Position numbers and translations under genes: made by a program. A stretch of 64,000 bases of DNA from Oikopleura dioica (Eukaryota; Animalia; Chordata), in assembly GCA_907165135.1 (NCBI GenBank), contig OU015568.1, positions 868,001-932,000 of the forward strand, read 5' to 3'. Each line of letters starts with the position of its first letter. Positions within the stretch are counted from its first letter, which is position 1. The notes under the pieces are model-generated. The model did not search any database, had not been told where the DNA came from, and saw nothing but the letters and a program-made list of their open reading frames with translations. Of this stretch, positions 28,090 through 40,130 are shown one piece after another.

Positions 28090-30018
28090 CTAGGGCAAAA
28101 GTTTAAACAGTGGCCTGGGAAAAAGGTCAATAAAGCTCTTTTTTAATTGCGCGTGTTTCTATTTGCGGTCAAATGATGTTTCCCCCTGGGAATGGTCAAC
28201 TGATGCGAAAGTGAGTGAATACGCAAAAACAAGCGTCAATTAAGCCTCATAAGAAGAATCACGTGCTTCGAATTGAATCGAATTATTGGGAGAATCTGGA
28301 GTGTTCCTCTTCCCTTCCAATTATTCTTCAATGCTTGTTTGAACACAAACTTGAGATTCGAAAAATGGGTCTAGGCGAGGGTACTCTAAAGGAAAAACGG
28401 CAACGCCCAGGTCCTAGGAAGGGGGAGCACAGGGCCTCGGGCCCAGGGTAAACGCATAGAAACGGGTTGTTGGAAACCACAAAGCATGTTTTCTGGACCT
28501 GTCTGGGCTTTTAGAGCTTGATTTTTGAAAAGGGGGCCTGAATATCGAATGCCTGGACACGAGACAGAATTTTGGGAAAAATGCGTTGATGGGTTAAGAA
28601 ATTAACTCTTCCAATTTTACCTTCTGAATCGCCTCTGTATACGGGAACCCATTTTCAGACAGCTGATAAGAGCCATTTTCGAATTTGATCGCTTTCGATA
28701 GACAACTAAGACCGTGCTGAAGCCCTGAGAACTATTTTTATCGAATTGATGATGTCAATCATCTTCATTTTCTCAAATTAATAAAGAACGAAGCTGAGCA
28801 CTTTCCTTTTGCAGTCAGTCTTGCATTCTTCGGTTACGAGTTTATCCTCGATGTTCAGAAGGGGAAAGATGAGTAAAGGCGTCAAGATTAAAATAATCTT
28901 CAAAAAGGTTTAGACATATTTTTCATCTTATGAGAATCGAAAAATTTGGCATACTTTCAAAATAGATTTAATTCCTGGGAAAGAAAACGTATTTTCCAAA
29001 GAACGGAAGTACTCATTTTTTTCATTGCAACAATAAAATTGACGCTTGGAAGGGAAATTTTTCCTGAATGAAACTACTGTAACATTTCTTGTTCTATGGA
29101 TTGTAGGAGGATTTCTCTAGCAGACATCGTGAGTTCAATGGCTGCTCAAGAAACTCATGAATTATTATCAAACCTGAGCGACTTTTGAATCCTTTTTTTT
29201 AATATTTCAATCAAGAACGCTATAAAAGTTATTAGCCCGGCTGATTTTCGACCCCCCTGCTGCCACGATTACATAACGCTCTTATGTCTAAACCTTCGCT
29301 GAGCCTGATAATTAACGCATATCTTCTTCAGCTTCCATAGTGCGCTTGCCATTCAGCAGCTTCTTTCTTCTCTCCTTTCAAACTAACGCCTCTAACTTCC
29401 GTCTTTTCTCGTAAATGTGTTTTTTCTAGAAAAAAAAAATCTCAAAAACTTCTTTGTTGGAAGATTATTAAAATTGAATCTTCTTTGTTAAAAATCGAAA
29501 AAAAGAGAGGAGAAAGCTTGACTCGCGGGCGCTAGCGCGGCGATTGGCCAGATCAGCTCCTTAGGCGATGAATACCTTCCCGATTTGAGCATTCATTCTT
29601 TTGCTCTCAGAAAATTCCTGCGTCGTTTTGCGTCTTTCGGAACATGTGAGGAAGATGCGATTCATGCTGTGTAAACATAAATGATGCAGTTCTCAGAAGA
29701 ATATTGAAGCTTTAGTTTCGATCACGTGAGGTGTTGGCAAATGAATAGGAGTCGAGGAATGTTTTGTTGGAGAAATTCATTCAATGTCACTGTCGATTTT
29801 TTAACAAAAGAGGGAAGCTAAACATTTGATCTTTGAGCGAAAATTTTTTGAACAAACTCGTGACCTATTTATATCTCCTCAATCATCCTAGAAGCGCCTT
29901 GAATAAATCCTGTTACGGATTAACGATAATAAAAAAAAACACGATGCAAGAATTAAACTTTATTCGAGCCGGTTATTAATGATTTTTGAAATGTGTATTT
30001 TCAAGCTAGTAAAGTTTT

Positions 30019-31108
30019 TCAGAGGCAAAAGTCCGCTGGTACTGCCATAAGCACAGGGATGGCATTACTATTATAAGAGCCCTTACTGCTCCAACCAATT
30101 ATTCCAGTGCCGTCAACTTTATCGCCATCAAGATCAATGCGGTGAATAGGAAAAGTCGGCATTGAGTAATCACCTGTGAAAAGAAACACGGATTCGTTTA
30201 TGAGAATCGCTGATGCTCCTCTGGTTGCCTGAAAATATTTTAGCTAAAAATCAGTTTTAAGTTCTAGCTACGTATTGAAGGCTTCCAATTATACTCCACT
30301 GGTCATCTTTCAAAAGCCATATCTCACTCAGTGTTTTGACCGACCATCCTCCAATAGATAGCAGTGATCCGCTCGGCAATCCTATCAATGAACTCCATCT
30401 TATCGGACTAAATGAACATATTTTTATAGATTGGACGAAAGAGGGTTTACATAGGAATATCGGTCAAAGATAGCCAGCCAAATTTCGAGTTGTATGTTTC
30501 TACTTTCCCAAATCCACTGGCTTCACTTCCACTCACTGTTGTTGGCTGGCCTCGATACAGTCCAAGCCCACCATAAGCATGATTATATTGAGTTTGATGG
30601 GTAAGTACAGATCCTTTTGTGTCAAAAATCTCGCATTTCCTGGAATCATTTTCAGGAAAACAAATGAGCGCTCTCCGTCCATCATCGATTGCCAATGCTG
30701 CCGATTGATATGTCATTGGATTGTTAAGACGTGTCGGAAGCTCTATGAATACGCAGCGATAAAGTACCGCAATCTACAAAGCCGATTTTTATATGATCTG
30801 CTTGAACAAAAAGCTTACTTTATAATTGTCTGACTCTCCACCAAAAATGAATAGTTGATCTTGAATAAGGGCAAAAGAAGAAAATCTGGTATAATCTTCG
30901 GATGGAGCAGTTATTGAGGTACTTCTTGTTGTTGATCCATCTTTGTTAATAATAAAAGAATCGGTGGTCATATAAGGAAGAGATAATATATGGACATCAT
31001 CCTAAATTTGTAATGATAGAAACTAGGTAGCTCATGGTATGAAAGTACCGATGGGTTCACGATAGTTGTCGTTGTTAAAGTAGAAGTCGTTGTTATAGTT
31101 GTGGTCGT

Positions 31109-31144
<36 letters not shown>

Positions 31145-33173
31145 AGTTGTAGTTGTCGTAGTTGTTGTTGTAGTTGTGGTCGTTGTTGTTGTTGCTGTTG
31201 TTGTTGTAGTTGTGGTCGCTGTTGTAGTTGTTGATTTGGGACACCAACCACAAGATGCTCTGCAATAAATATGCATCATCTGGGGGTCTTTGAAACACTC
31301 GGCACTTAAAGCCCTACTTGCGCAGGTCTTTAATTTATCAGCACAAGAAGTTATTATTGTCGTTGTTGATTCTGTTGATGAAGTTGTCGTTGTTGATGTC
31401 GTTGTTGTTGTAGTTGTTGTGGTTGATATTGAGTTTTCGCAATCGGATCCGAAATAACCGTCCTCACAAGAGCAAAGATAGGAGTCATCTATGATCGAGC
31501 AAACACCCCCATTCAAGCAAGGATTACTAGAGCATTGGGTTCTCTCGCAAGTTGGGGTAAAAGCATAATGGCCCGACCTTCATCCGCAAGAGGGCGCGCG
31601 GAAAAGAGGTGGAAGAACGGAAAAGAGGTTGAAGAGCGCCTTGAGTATGGCGCCGGAGGAGAGTGCGCAGGGGAGCGCAGATGGAGAACCTCCATGAATT
31701 ACTCAGCGGGTGGGCAAGTAAGGAAGGGAGCGCGAAGCCGCCTAATCCTAGCGTGAAGTGTGTCAATCTCTGTTCAAACACCGCTATCATTTCTGACTCC
31801 GTAGTACCCGCTGTAGGAGCAAAATTTCGTTAGACTGATTTTTCGCGCACATTTTTATGAAATTATAAATAAACTAGAAAAACTTTTCAAAGGTAAAATT
31901 TTGCGCTGAATCTAAATATAACGTCGAAAACCCTAAATTTTGATCCAGGACTTGGAGCGTAGCTTTCTCGTTTTGCTCCTGCCCGATGGTGAAAATGGTA
32001 GGTTTATGTTTGGATCCCGCATCTTCAGGCTAGGCTCGTCATCCTGTATATCCAGCTTGTTTTCCGTTGGGTTTTCGCGCGGTTTACTGTTTACTGGAAA
32101 CAGTACTGTACACAGTTTGAATTTCAGACAGTTTTCAGTACAGTAGTAAAAAAACAGGAAACAGTAGGGCTGCACAGTATTTCTGACAGTACAGAATGAC
32201 GAGCCTAGTCCTCAAGAATACGATCAATTTTGTATTTTAATTCCGTAAAATCTATGTTCTTTGCGCGAAAAGCTTTCTTCTGATATATATATGTCTCATA
32301 GAAAGAAGGCCATCACTCCTACTCGCCTCTAGAATTAATACTAACATGGGTAGAACAAAAGTATCCCGTCCGCCCCTGCTGCGCTCACTCCCAGGTGGAA
32401 GGCTCGATTATCGTATTTAGGGCTTATCGCCAACTCATCAGTTCTCCCTGGACTCGCAAAGTTCGGAGGATTCTGAGTCCTCCGCGCACCTGGCGCCCTC
32501 ATGCGGGAGTAGGTCGGGCCATTCTGCTCGACATCCCGCAAGTTGGCCCGGAAAATCCCTCAGCACAATCACAAGTATACGTTGATCCCGAGATCGAGCA
32601 GATTCCGTCGTTCTGACAAGGATCGGAAGTGCAAGGGGTGTTTTCACATAGTGTCCCAGAAAAGCCATCATAACAGGAGCATTCGAATCCTTCCCCATCA
32701 TATTGATCAGCATCGATGGCATCAACATAACACACTCCATTTCCGCATGGATTTCCAAAACACGGCTGACTCTCACAATTGATTCCGATAAAACTTGGGA
32801 GGCAGCGGCACGAATAACTACCACCATCGATCGAGCAAATTCCGCCATTGAAACAAGGGTTAACTGTGCAAGGCGTTATTCCGCATGTTTGCCCCATAAA
32901 ACCTTCCTGACAAACACAGGTGAAGCCGTCGATTTCAGCAAAACAGTTTCCGCCATTTAGACAGGGATTTTCTCTACATGGATCTACGCTTGTTGACCTT
33001 GATTCCTTGATCGACACCAAAACAGCCGGTACTATGACAGCGACTGCACCAATTAGGGCGACGAGAATTTGAACAATAGTTGAAGTTTGCATAAAAGGGC
33101 TACTTCGGGTTGACGACCTCTCTTTTTCGTCACGGTTTTTAACATTTTTTGACTTTTCTGAATCTTCACTCAT
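30019..33173 (-). CDS. Type II membrane mosaic protein: TM, 5 EGF repeats, Thr stalk, ShKT, Thr stalk, C-terminal kelch-like beta-propeller
   Basis: EGF consensus C..NPC.NGG.C, ShKT CADKLKTC..C..MHIYCRASCGWC, and propeller IFGG..HAYGGLGLYRG..AVPADFCL*. A 981 bp insert lies between EGF4 and EGF5. Confidence 0.85.
31080..31430 (-). repeat. Coding (ACN)n trinucleotide tracts encoding poly-Thr mucin-like linkers
   Basis: GTT/GTA/GTC runs on the plus strand at about 31085-31230 and 31380-31425. Confidence 0.9.
31556..32536. mobile_element. 981 bp non-autonomous DNA transposon, Mutator-like (9-10 bp TSD, GG..CC ends, ~42 bp imperfect TIR)
   Basis: Direct repeat CGCAAGTTGG at 31546-55 and 32537-46. 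The TIR cores AATGGCCCGACCT..CCGCA.GAGGGCGC are inverted at both ends, and no transposase ORF is present. Confidence 0.85.
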
Positions 33174-33384
33174 TTAAAAAATAAAAGAATTGAGCTTGCC
33201 GTCTTGACAGGGTACAGAAGGAAATGACTCAGAGTATCGTGGGGTATTAATTCATTAAAAATAATATAAAAGTATGAATTTTGCCACTCGAGATGTTTTT
33301 ATAGTTTTGTGCATGATCTCACTGTTTTTTTTGGGAAAATTTTGGATTAGACTTAACCTTACGACAAACCGGAATTTCACCCGC

Positions 33385-33625
33385 CGACGACAAATGTGCC
33401 ATATATGTACTTGGACTTTATCGCCATCTTTCGACCAATAGAATGCCCGAAGCCAAACCTTAACCCAAACCAAAACACAAATCGAAACCCAAACTCGAAG
33501 ATGAACCTAGCCTCGATCTCAGACTAGTTACCAAAAACGAATGAAATAGAAGAAACTGAAGTGATAGAAGAGAGAAAAATGGGCGTTTAGAATTTTTTGT
33601 GCCAAATATGGCACATTTGTCGTCG
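33385..33625. mobile_element. MITE-like element with perfect 20 bp TIR and internal AACC-rich tract
   Basis: CGACGACAAATGTGCCATAT (33385-404) is the reverse complement of ATATGGCACATTTGTCGTCG (33606-625). Confidence 0.7.
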
Positions 33626-33879
33626 TAACGTTAACAGATTTTGCGATTAATAAAAGATGAGGACGAGAAAATGAAGCAAGAAGACTATTATAGACTTTGG
33701 AAAAAACGACATTTCATGATATAAATTATTTCTTATAAATTATTTCCTTATTTCTGATTAGTTTTTTTGACATCGCGTATTACAGTAGATAAACTTAGTC
33801 AACTGCAGATTTATTGTGTATAATTTCAGATGCATTGTATGTTGGTTTTTTTTTTGAGATTGAATGATACAATTTTTAT

Positions 33880-34237
33880 TTAAAAATATGTTTTATAATT
33901 CGATATTCCACTTCCAGACATAAATGTGCGAAGTTCGTAGTCTACGAATTTGGAGAAAATTTTGAAAACATCCAGGAAAGATAGTCTTTCTTTTCCCATC
34001 AATTCATCCTTGTCAAATTTGCCTTGAAATGCTTCTGACAATTCTTCGTGAAATCCCTCTTAATATTTCATGTATGGATTGGTAGCGTCTCTTCAATGAT
34101 GACTTACGTTCAGAGATAAGCTTCTTTATATCTTCTTTCGACACCGTTTCGTTTTCATCTCCGTGCTTTTCGAAAATTTCTAGAAGTGCCTTGATAAAGA
34201 CGGTAAGCGCTGGGAAATCTCCTTCTTTTGATGCCAT
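33880..34237 (-). CDS. S100-like two-EF-hand protein, ~100 aa
   Basis: Exons 34237-34108 and 34058-33880: ..KALLEIFEKHGDENETVSKEDIKKLISE|QGFHEELSEAFQGKFDKDELMGKERLSFLDVFKIF... Confidence 0.6.
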
Positions 34238-34538
34238 GTTTGCGAAGAAATCGGCTTATCTCGACTCGATAAATTAATTTATAAAATCGAGAGGCAGAGA
34301 TCAATTAAATAGAAAAATTGCTTCCGGTTTAATCCAAGTACTAGACCGAGGACGTGATGCCAAAAATTTACTGAGAGTACAGTCTTTCCAGTCTATTTTA
34401 AAATTCAAAACAACTTCACCTTACTTCAAGCTTCAATAATTGCATATTATTGTAAATTAGCGGAGTTGGACGAATCGAACACTTGATTGTTATTTTATTG
34501 AAAAAGCCTAGTTTGAAGTTGAAAGTTAAAACAGGTTT

Positions 34539-36622
34539 TCACGGTTTCTCAGGCATACATTTTACATGGCTTCGGAAATACCATAACTCAGCTAGCCAGT
34601 TTGTGTATTCTTTCGGCGATCCATATTTGCCTCCCGTTCGGCCAAATCTATATTCGTTCCATTCTTCTTTCGGGGTGCAGTTATTCACATGAGTGATCAT
34701 CGGTTTCTTGCACCAGGCGATTCGCAATTGACCTCTTGCGTCGAAAAAGTATTCTTTGTGGCCTTTGTTGTCGAATTCAGGGTCTAAGGGGTCAAAATAT
34801 GAGACAAAGCGGAACTTGAATGTTTACCAAAGCGAATTTTTCCAGCTGTTACAGTTCGACCAAGAAAGAAATTATCCATGATGTCGACAATTCTACATTC
34901 ATCCTCGAAGCCTTCCTAAGCTCAAAAACATACTCTCCAGAAAAAAATATTTGAAGTATAAAATCGAAAAGATTTTTCGTCAAAGTCTGTATTTTGAGCA
35001 TTTCCTGGTAGTTCAAGATGCTGATAGATCCCCCTGTGAAAGCAAAAGCCGGTCGGGGAGGGTCTGATATTCATGAAATCACTCTTCGCCCAGGGACTCC
35101 GTTCATGTTTGTTGAGCGATCCGCCGATAAGATCATAGCCTGTTGTTTCTGCTACGTTAACCATGTAGCGCAAGTCGGTCTGATTCGTGAATTGAAAATC
35201 GTCATCGCACCAGAGGAAGAATTGAGTCCTTAAAAATGGCTCTATTTTTCAAAAATCATAAAAATAAATAAAAAAAAACAAACTTTGATTTTTCAATTGA
35301 AAAATTTTTGGATATTGAACAAGAACAATCATAAGTTCATGACCCATGAATCATGGGCCATGATCCATGGGAATTTATCTATAGCTTATTTTAACACTAG
35401 AATTTACCTCACCTGACTTAGCGCAAGAGCCCTCCCAGCAAACCAGCCTTCCTTCTCCGGCATTCTGTATTGCTTGATCTTTATAATCTCACTCTCCATC
35501 TTCCGAAAGTCCTCATCATTGTTGTCGTCCGCGATGATGACAGTTATATTCGGGTAAAAAAGTTCGACGCTTTTCAAAAATCTTCGAAGGCAAGGGTAGC
35601 GAAGATAGGTTTTGGTCAGGACAGTTACTCGATCTTCGACGGCATCAGAGGTTCGATGATTGAGAACGGGTAGTTTGCTCCAATGAATTGTAATGGGAAA
35701 TTCGATGGTGAAGTTTAAATCGCCCTCTACGGTAAATTTGACGATGTCAACTAGTTTTCTTTGTTGATTTCAAAGATGCGATTCTCGAAAATTTTGATCA
35801 ATAGCATAAAAACTCATGGAAACCAATTCCTAGCGTCGTATTTTGTCGGATGATACCATGCTCCAGCAAGACCAGCATTCATCTCTTCCACCGTCAAGTT
35901 TCTTACATCCAAATTTCTTGGCAATTTCGACAACTTGACTTCTCCAAATTTTGCCTCAAACTTTCCCGAGATTCGTATTTCTGGGTCATTTTGGGAGATT
36001 ATTTTAATCTCCAATTTTGCCGACTCATTTGGTTCGACTTGATATCCACTGGAAACATATTCGACTGGAATTTTGGGTTTGCAAGTTGTTGGAGGAGGTT
36101 TGTTTAGTTCGTAGTAAAAGTCTCTTTGAAGGTTCATTCTATTTTCTGGTCAAAAATCGGTATTCTTAATGTAAAAATGGAACCTTAACTTTTCCAAAAC
36201 TTAATATCTGTCTCATGCTTGCTCTTGAATTCGTCTCTTGTCATAGCTATTAAATCAAACTTTCCACCAAAATTGCAGTCGCAGCTTCTGTTATCATAAA
36301 GATTCTCGTAATCGCTCGGCAATTCCCGATCCCAAGCTGTCAAACTCCCGATTCCAACCGATTTATATTCAAGTTTTCGATATATTTCTTCATATTGGAC
36401 GATTTCTCTTTTCGGCGAAGATTGAATTGTTTCTCCCAAAGTAGGGCTTCCAGCTGAAATTGCGGGAACAACATCATTTGGATATTCAATATCTCTTGAA
36501 ACAGAAATTGTTCCGTAAAAATATCCAAGCGCAAGAGTTATCAACGGCAAAAATTCTCTGAAGGTCCAGCCCTGAATCGATCTTTTTATTATCGATATGT
36601 TTTCTTGCGCATTGTTGGGCAT
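34539..36622 (-). CDS. B4GALNT: Beta-1,4-N-acetylgalactosaminyltransferase (B4GALNT1/2-like, GT12)
   Basis: Motifs VTVLTKTYLRY, VIIADD, GWFAGRALALSQV, DNFFLGRT and GQLRIAWC. Confidence 0.9.
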
Positions 36623-36974
36623 TTTCGAACGAAAGCCGGGTTTTTGTCCAGCGAAGAGTCTAATAGTGAAGTGCGGAAGGTCAATGAATGCATGAAATTT
36701 CTGGCGAGATTGCTGATTTGCCACTATGTTCTTGACCTTCAGATTATTACAATTTTCAATTAGGATCTGATCAAGTTCTGCACTCGACTTCTTTTTTTTT
36801 TAATTCGAAAATGAACTGTTAAATTTTTTTCAGCTTGAAAAAGGAATTTTATGTTCTGTTTGAATACAAAATACTCGAATTTGGAATCATAAACGAGTTA
36901 AATATTAAGATGACCTTGAAAACCGGCACATAGAGCAGCAGTGCATGTTCCATTTTCAATCACATGAAAAAAAA

Positions 36975-38525
36975 ATGATTCTTCTCCAGTTGTTACTTTT
37001 TTCTCAAATTTACTCCAGAGCTCATGAAGTTCATCCTCGGCTTATTTTGGAAGAGAAAAGAAATGAAAATCATGCTTTCTTCAATATCTCTGGGTTCGAG
37101 AAACGTTGCGCGTGAGTCGTTATTTTTATTATTTTGATTCTTATCATTTTAAAAGCGATGCAGAGCTGCAATCAAAATGCGAGGGTCAATGCCGAGTAGA
37201 ATTCAATCGGTGCCGTCTTCTTTGTGAGACCGAATATTGCCTGTCGATTTGCGACCGGGAGTATCAAAGTATGGTTCACCGAAATTATTTTTCAAAAAAT
37301 TGTTAGTTTGCCTCGACAACTGTCCTTGTGGAAAAAATTGCCCGCAGGGATGTGCTGAATGTTTAAATCCAATTTGTCCTCCGGTATCTTTTCCTTGAAA
37401 AATCAATTTCATTCTTCTTTGAAGCAAACAACGACTGCACCAAAAATAATGTCAACAACAACATCGAAAGCGGAAACCACTGCAGGCTCGACCTGGAGAT
37501 GGTCTTTCGTTGCTTGTTTTGTCAGATAGACAAAGCGAAAGACTTTCGTATATTTTGACACCAGAAGGATCCATCGTGGAAAATGTTGCGATCGATACTC
37601 CTTCAGAAAGATATCTTGAAAATGTTGGGTTCGGAACATTGAATGGAGAGCATTATATTTTTGGCAGATTGATGAATCTTAGAAAAGTTCATTCACAGAA
37701 TTTCTGAATAATTATTGATAATTTTTTTCCAAAAAGGTAGCAAAATTAGAAGGCTGCACATTTGCCGAGCAATCTCAGCGGCTTTTATTCGACTTTGATC
37801 ATAATTACGGGGCTTCGACGACAATCAAAAATGGCGAAAAGAGTGATTAATTGTTGAGATTTAATGTTTTCATTTTATTTTTATAGTATTACTTTGTTTT
37901 GGTGGGCCTTACGAGAAAACTTATCAATTTTTCGACGGAGACAATTCTAAAGAAACATTCACAACAACGAATATTCACCAGTAAAAATAATTTAAATTAT
38001 TGACAAGTAAAAACTTCATCAGTCACGCATGTCTTGCGATTTACAAGAATTATCCTTTCGTAGTCGAAGGCCTTGGTGGCGCAACAGAAATTATGAAAGA
38101 AAATGGATGGGAAGCTTCAATTGCGCTCAGTATAAATAATCTTCGATCCAATGTTTGCTTTTCTGTCGATGATGGTGTTATTGCTCTTATGGGCTTTGAT
38201 AATAATGGCAATGTTAACTCTGATGTTCACTTGCTGAAAGACGACCAATGGAAAATTGTTGGACAAACAATCACGGTTCGTGAGGCACAAAAAAACATTC
38301 CATAATAATTTCTAGTACCAAAACGCAGCGTCTGTTTTTAATGCAATTGATCGGTTTTATATCATCAGTGGGGCGACAGTGGGTTCCTCAAAGTTTCTAG
38401 GCGTGCAAAAATTCAACTGGAATGGAGATTCAGTGACAGACTCAGAAATCATCCATACTCATCAGGAAACCTTCTTCAGACCAGCTCTTTTTGTCGTCCA
38501 AACAAGTTCTTTCTGTGTACTATGA
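36975..38525 (+). CDS. Secreted Cys-rich (C..C..C, CPC) + kelch-like beta-propeller protein, copy 1
   Basis: Signal peptide, CEGQCRVEFNRC..CPCGKNCPQGC, YIFG..KVAKLEGC and a terminal PALFVV..FC. The frame around 37430-37490 needs either an intron or a frameshift. Confidence 0.7.
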
Positions 38526-38851
38526 CTAATTATTCGACTTTTACAATCTAATTAATATAAGTTTATTCTTTCTTATTTTGTTTGAGAAAAAAATAAGAAA
38601 AAGACAAATCATGACAAGTATATACTATTGCACCGATAGTTATCATCTTTTGCTAGATCCCGTGCTGCATTGTCTATGCGACTATCATTTGTTCGTATTT
38701 TTGAAATTAAAAGTAATGCTCATAAATAACGAATCCGAATAACAGCTTTCGTTATTTGTGAAAATCTTTTTTCGAGGAAATCCTTGAAATTTATTGCATT
38801 TGAAAAGAAAAGAAGAAAAAGTCATATCATGACAGATATCTAAACAGAAAT

Positions 38852-39550
38852 TTACTGGAGGAAGACGTTTCCGGCGTTGAGCTGGAATCGAGCAATCTCG
38901 AGCATGGAGCAAGTGTTGAAGTCTCCATCAGTCTGGGCGTTGGCGTAAGCAGCCTGGAGAGCGGCGTAGGTTTGTCCGTCAACGGACCAGCCCCAGTTGC
39001 CGAAGGCTTGGATAGCCTGGTTCTTCCATTCGGTGAGCTCAGCACCGGCGAGTTGTCCGTCGCCGTTGTTGTCATAAGCATCGATGACGACTCGGGCATT
39101 GGTGGCGGCGAAAGCGCCAATGGCCAGCTTGTACTCGTCAAAGTCCAAAGCGCCATTGGAATCAGTGTCGACGACGTCCCAGTATTTAGAGGCGAAGTTG
39201 TAGACGAAGTTCTGGGAGCTCTGGCTCATTCCGACGTATTCGGCGATCTCAGCCGCGCAGACGGTGAGTTCCTGAGCGGAGACGATGCCGTCGTTGCCGC
39301 CGCAGTACTGGAAGGAGGGGGTGTAGGCAGCGTCGCCAACGGAGTTGACGGCATCGCGGAAGGCAGCAGGGTTGTTGCTCGCGAAGTCGTAGACGTTGAG
39401 GGCCTCGTTCCACCTGAAAAAGATCATCAATATCTTGAATTCGGAAAATCTCGAGTTCTAGAGCTTCAGAGAGCTTGAAACTTACCAGGTGTTGACAGCC
39501 CAGTTGAGAGGAGAAGCGGTAGCAGCAGCGACGAGTCCAAAAAGCTTCAT
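38852..39550 (-). CDS. Secreted multi-EF-hand Ca-binding protein
   Basis: Signal MKLFGLVAAATA, EF loops DTDSNGALDFDE and DNNGDGQLAGAE, and strongly C-ending codons. Confidence 0.85.
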
Positions 39551-40067
39551 TTTTTTCAAATTTTTATTTCGATTTTTTGGAAGATTAAAAGTTCTTCTGA
39601 TTTTTTCTACCGTAGTCCCTCGATTAAATGCTGCGCTGAAGACACATAAGCAAACAAGCAACAAACAAGGGTCGGCCGTCCGATCAGACGAAATCAACAA
39701 GAACTCTGAGAAGAAGTAAATAAGAAAGAGCTGATTTTGATGAAATAGAACAACTTCACAGAAAATTATTCTCGGAGACACCGGGAGAAAAATAGAACCA
39801 TCAAAAATATGCATCGTGTTGTTTTGACCTTTGAGAGTTTCTGATTTTGAAATCGCTGTTTTTTCCTGAATCGACGTTTTCGACTGTGATCTTAATTTAT
39901 TTTCATGATTTAAGAATTGCAGAACTCATGGTTTGTTTTAAAAACAATCGGTTCGTAATTCCAAGAGTTATCCGGAAATAAATCGATCACTTCCGAAGCA
40001 ATTATATTCGTTCCATTCCAAGATAGCTTCTCAATAAACCCGCCTTCTGATTTAAAATCGAAGACCC

Positions 40068-40130
40068 GAATCAGGGTCTTCGAAGCTAATCAGACCCTGA
40101 TTCAGGTTTGCTACACAGGTTGCCGAGCCA
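40068..40130. mobile_element. Partial inverted copy of the 43069 MITE family
   Basis: CTACACAGGTTGCCGAGCC is the reverse complement of the 43069 left arm core. It has an internal GAATCAGGGTC/GACCCTGATTC hairpin. Confidence 0.6.

Noticed and set aside
31513-31790. ORFs inside the Mutator-like insert as a transposase
   Set aside because: Short GC-rich frames with no DDE or zinc-finger motifs.
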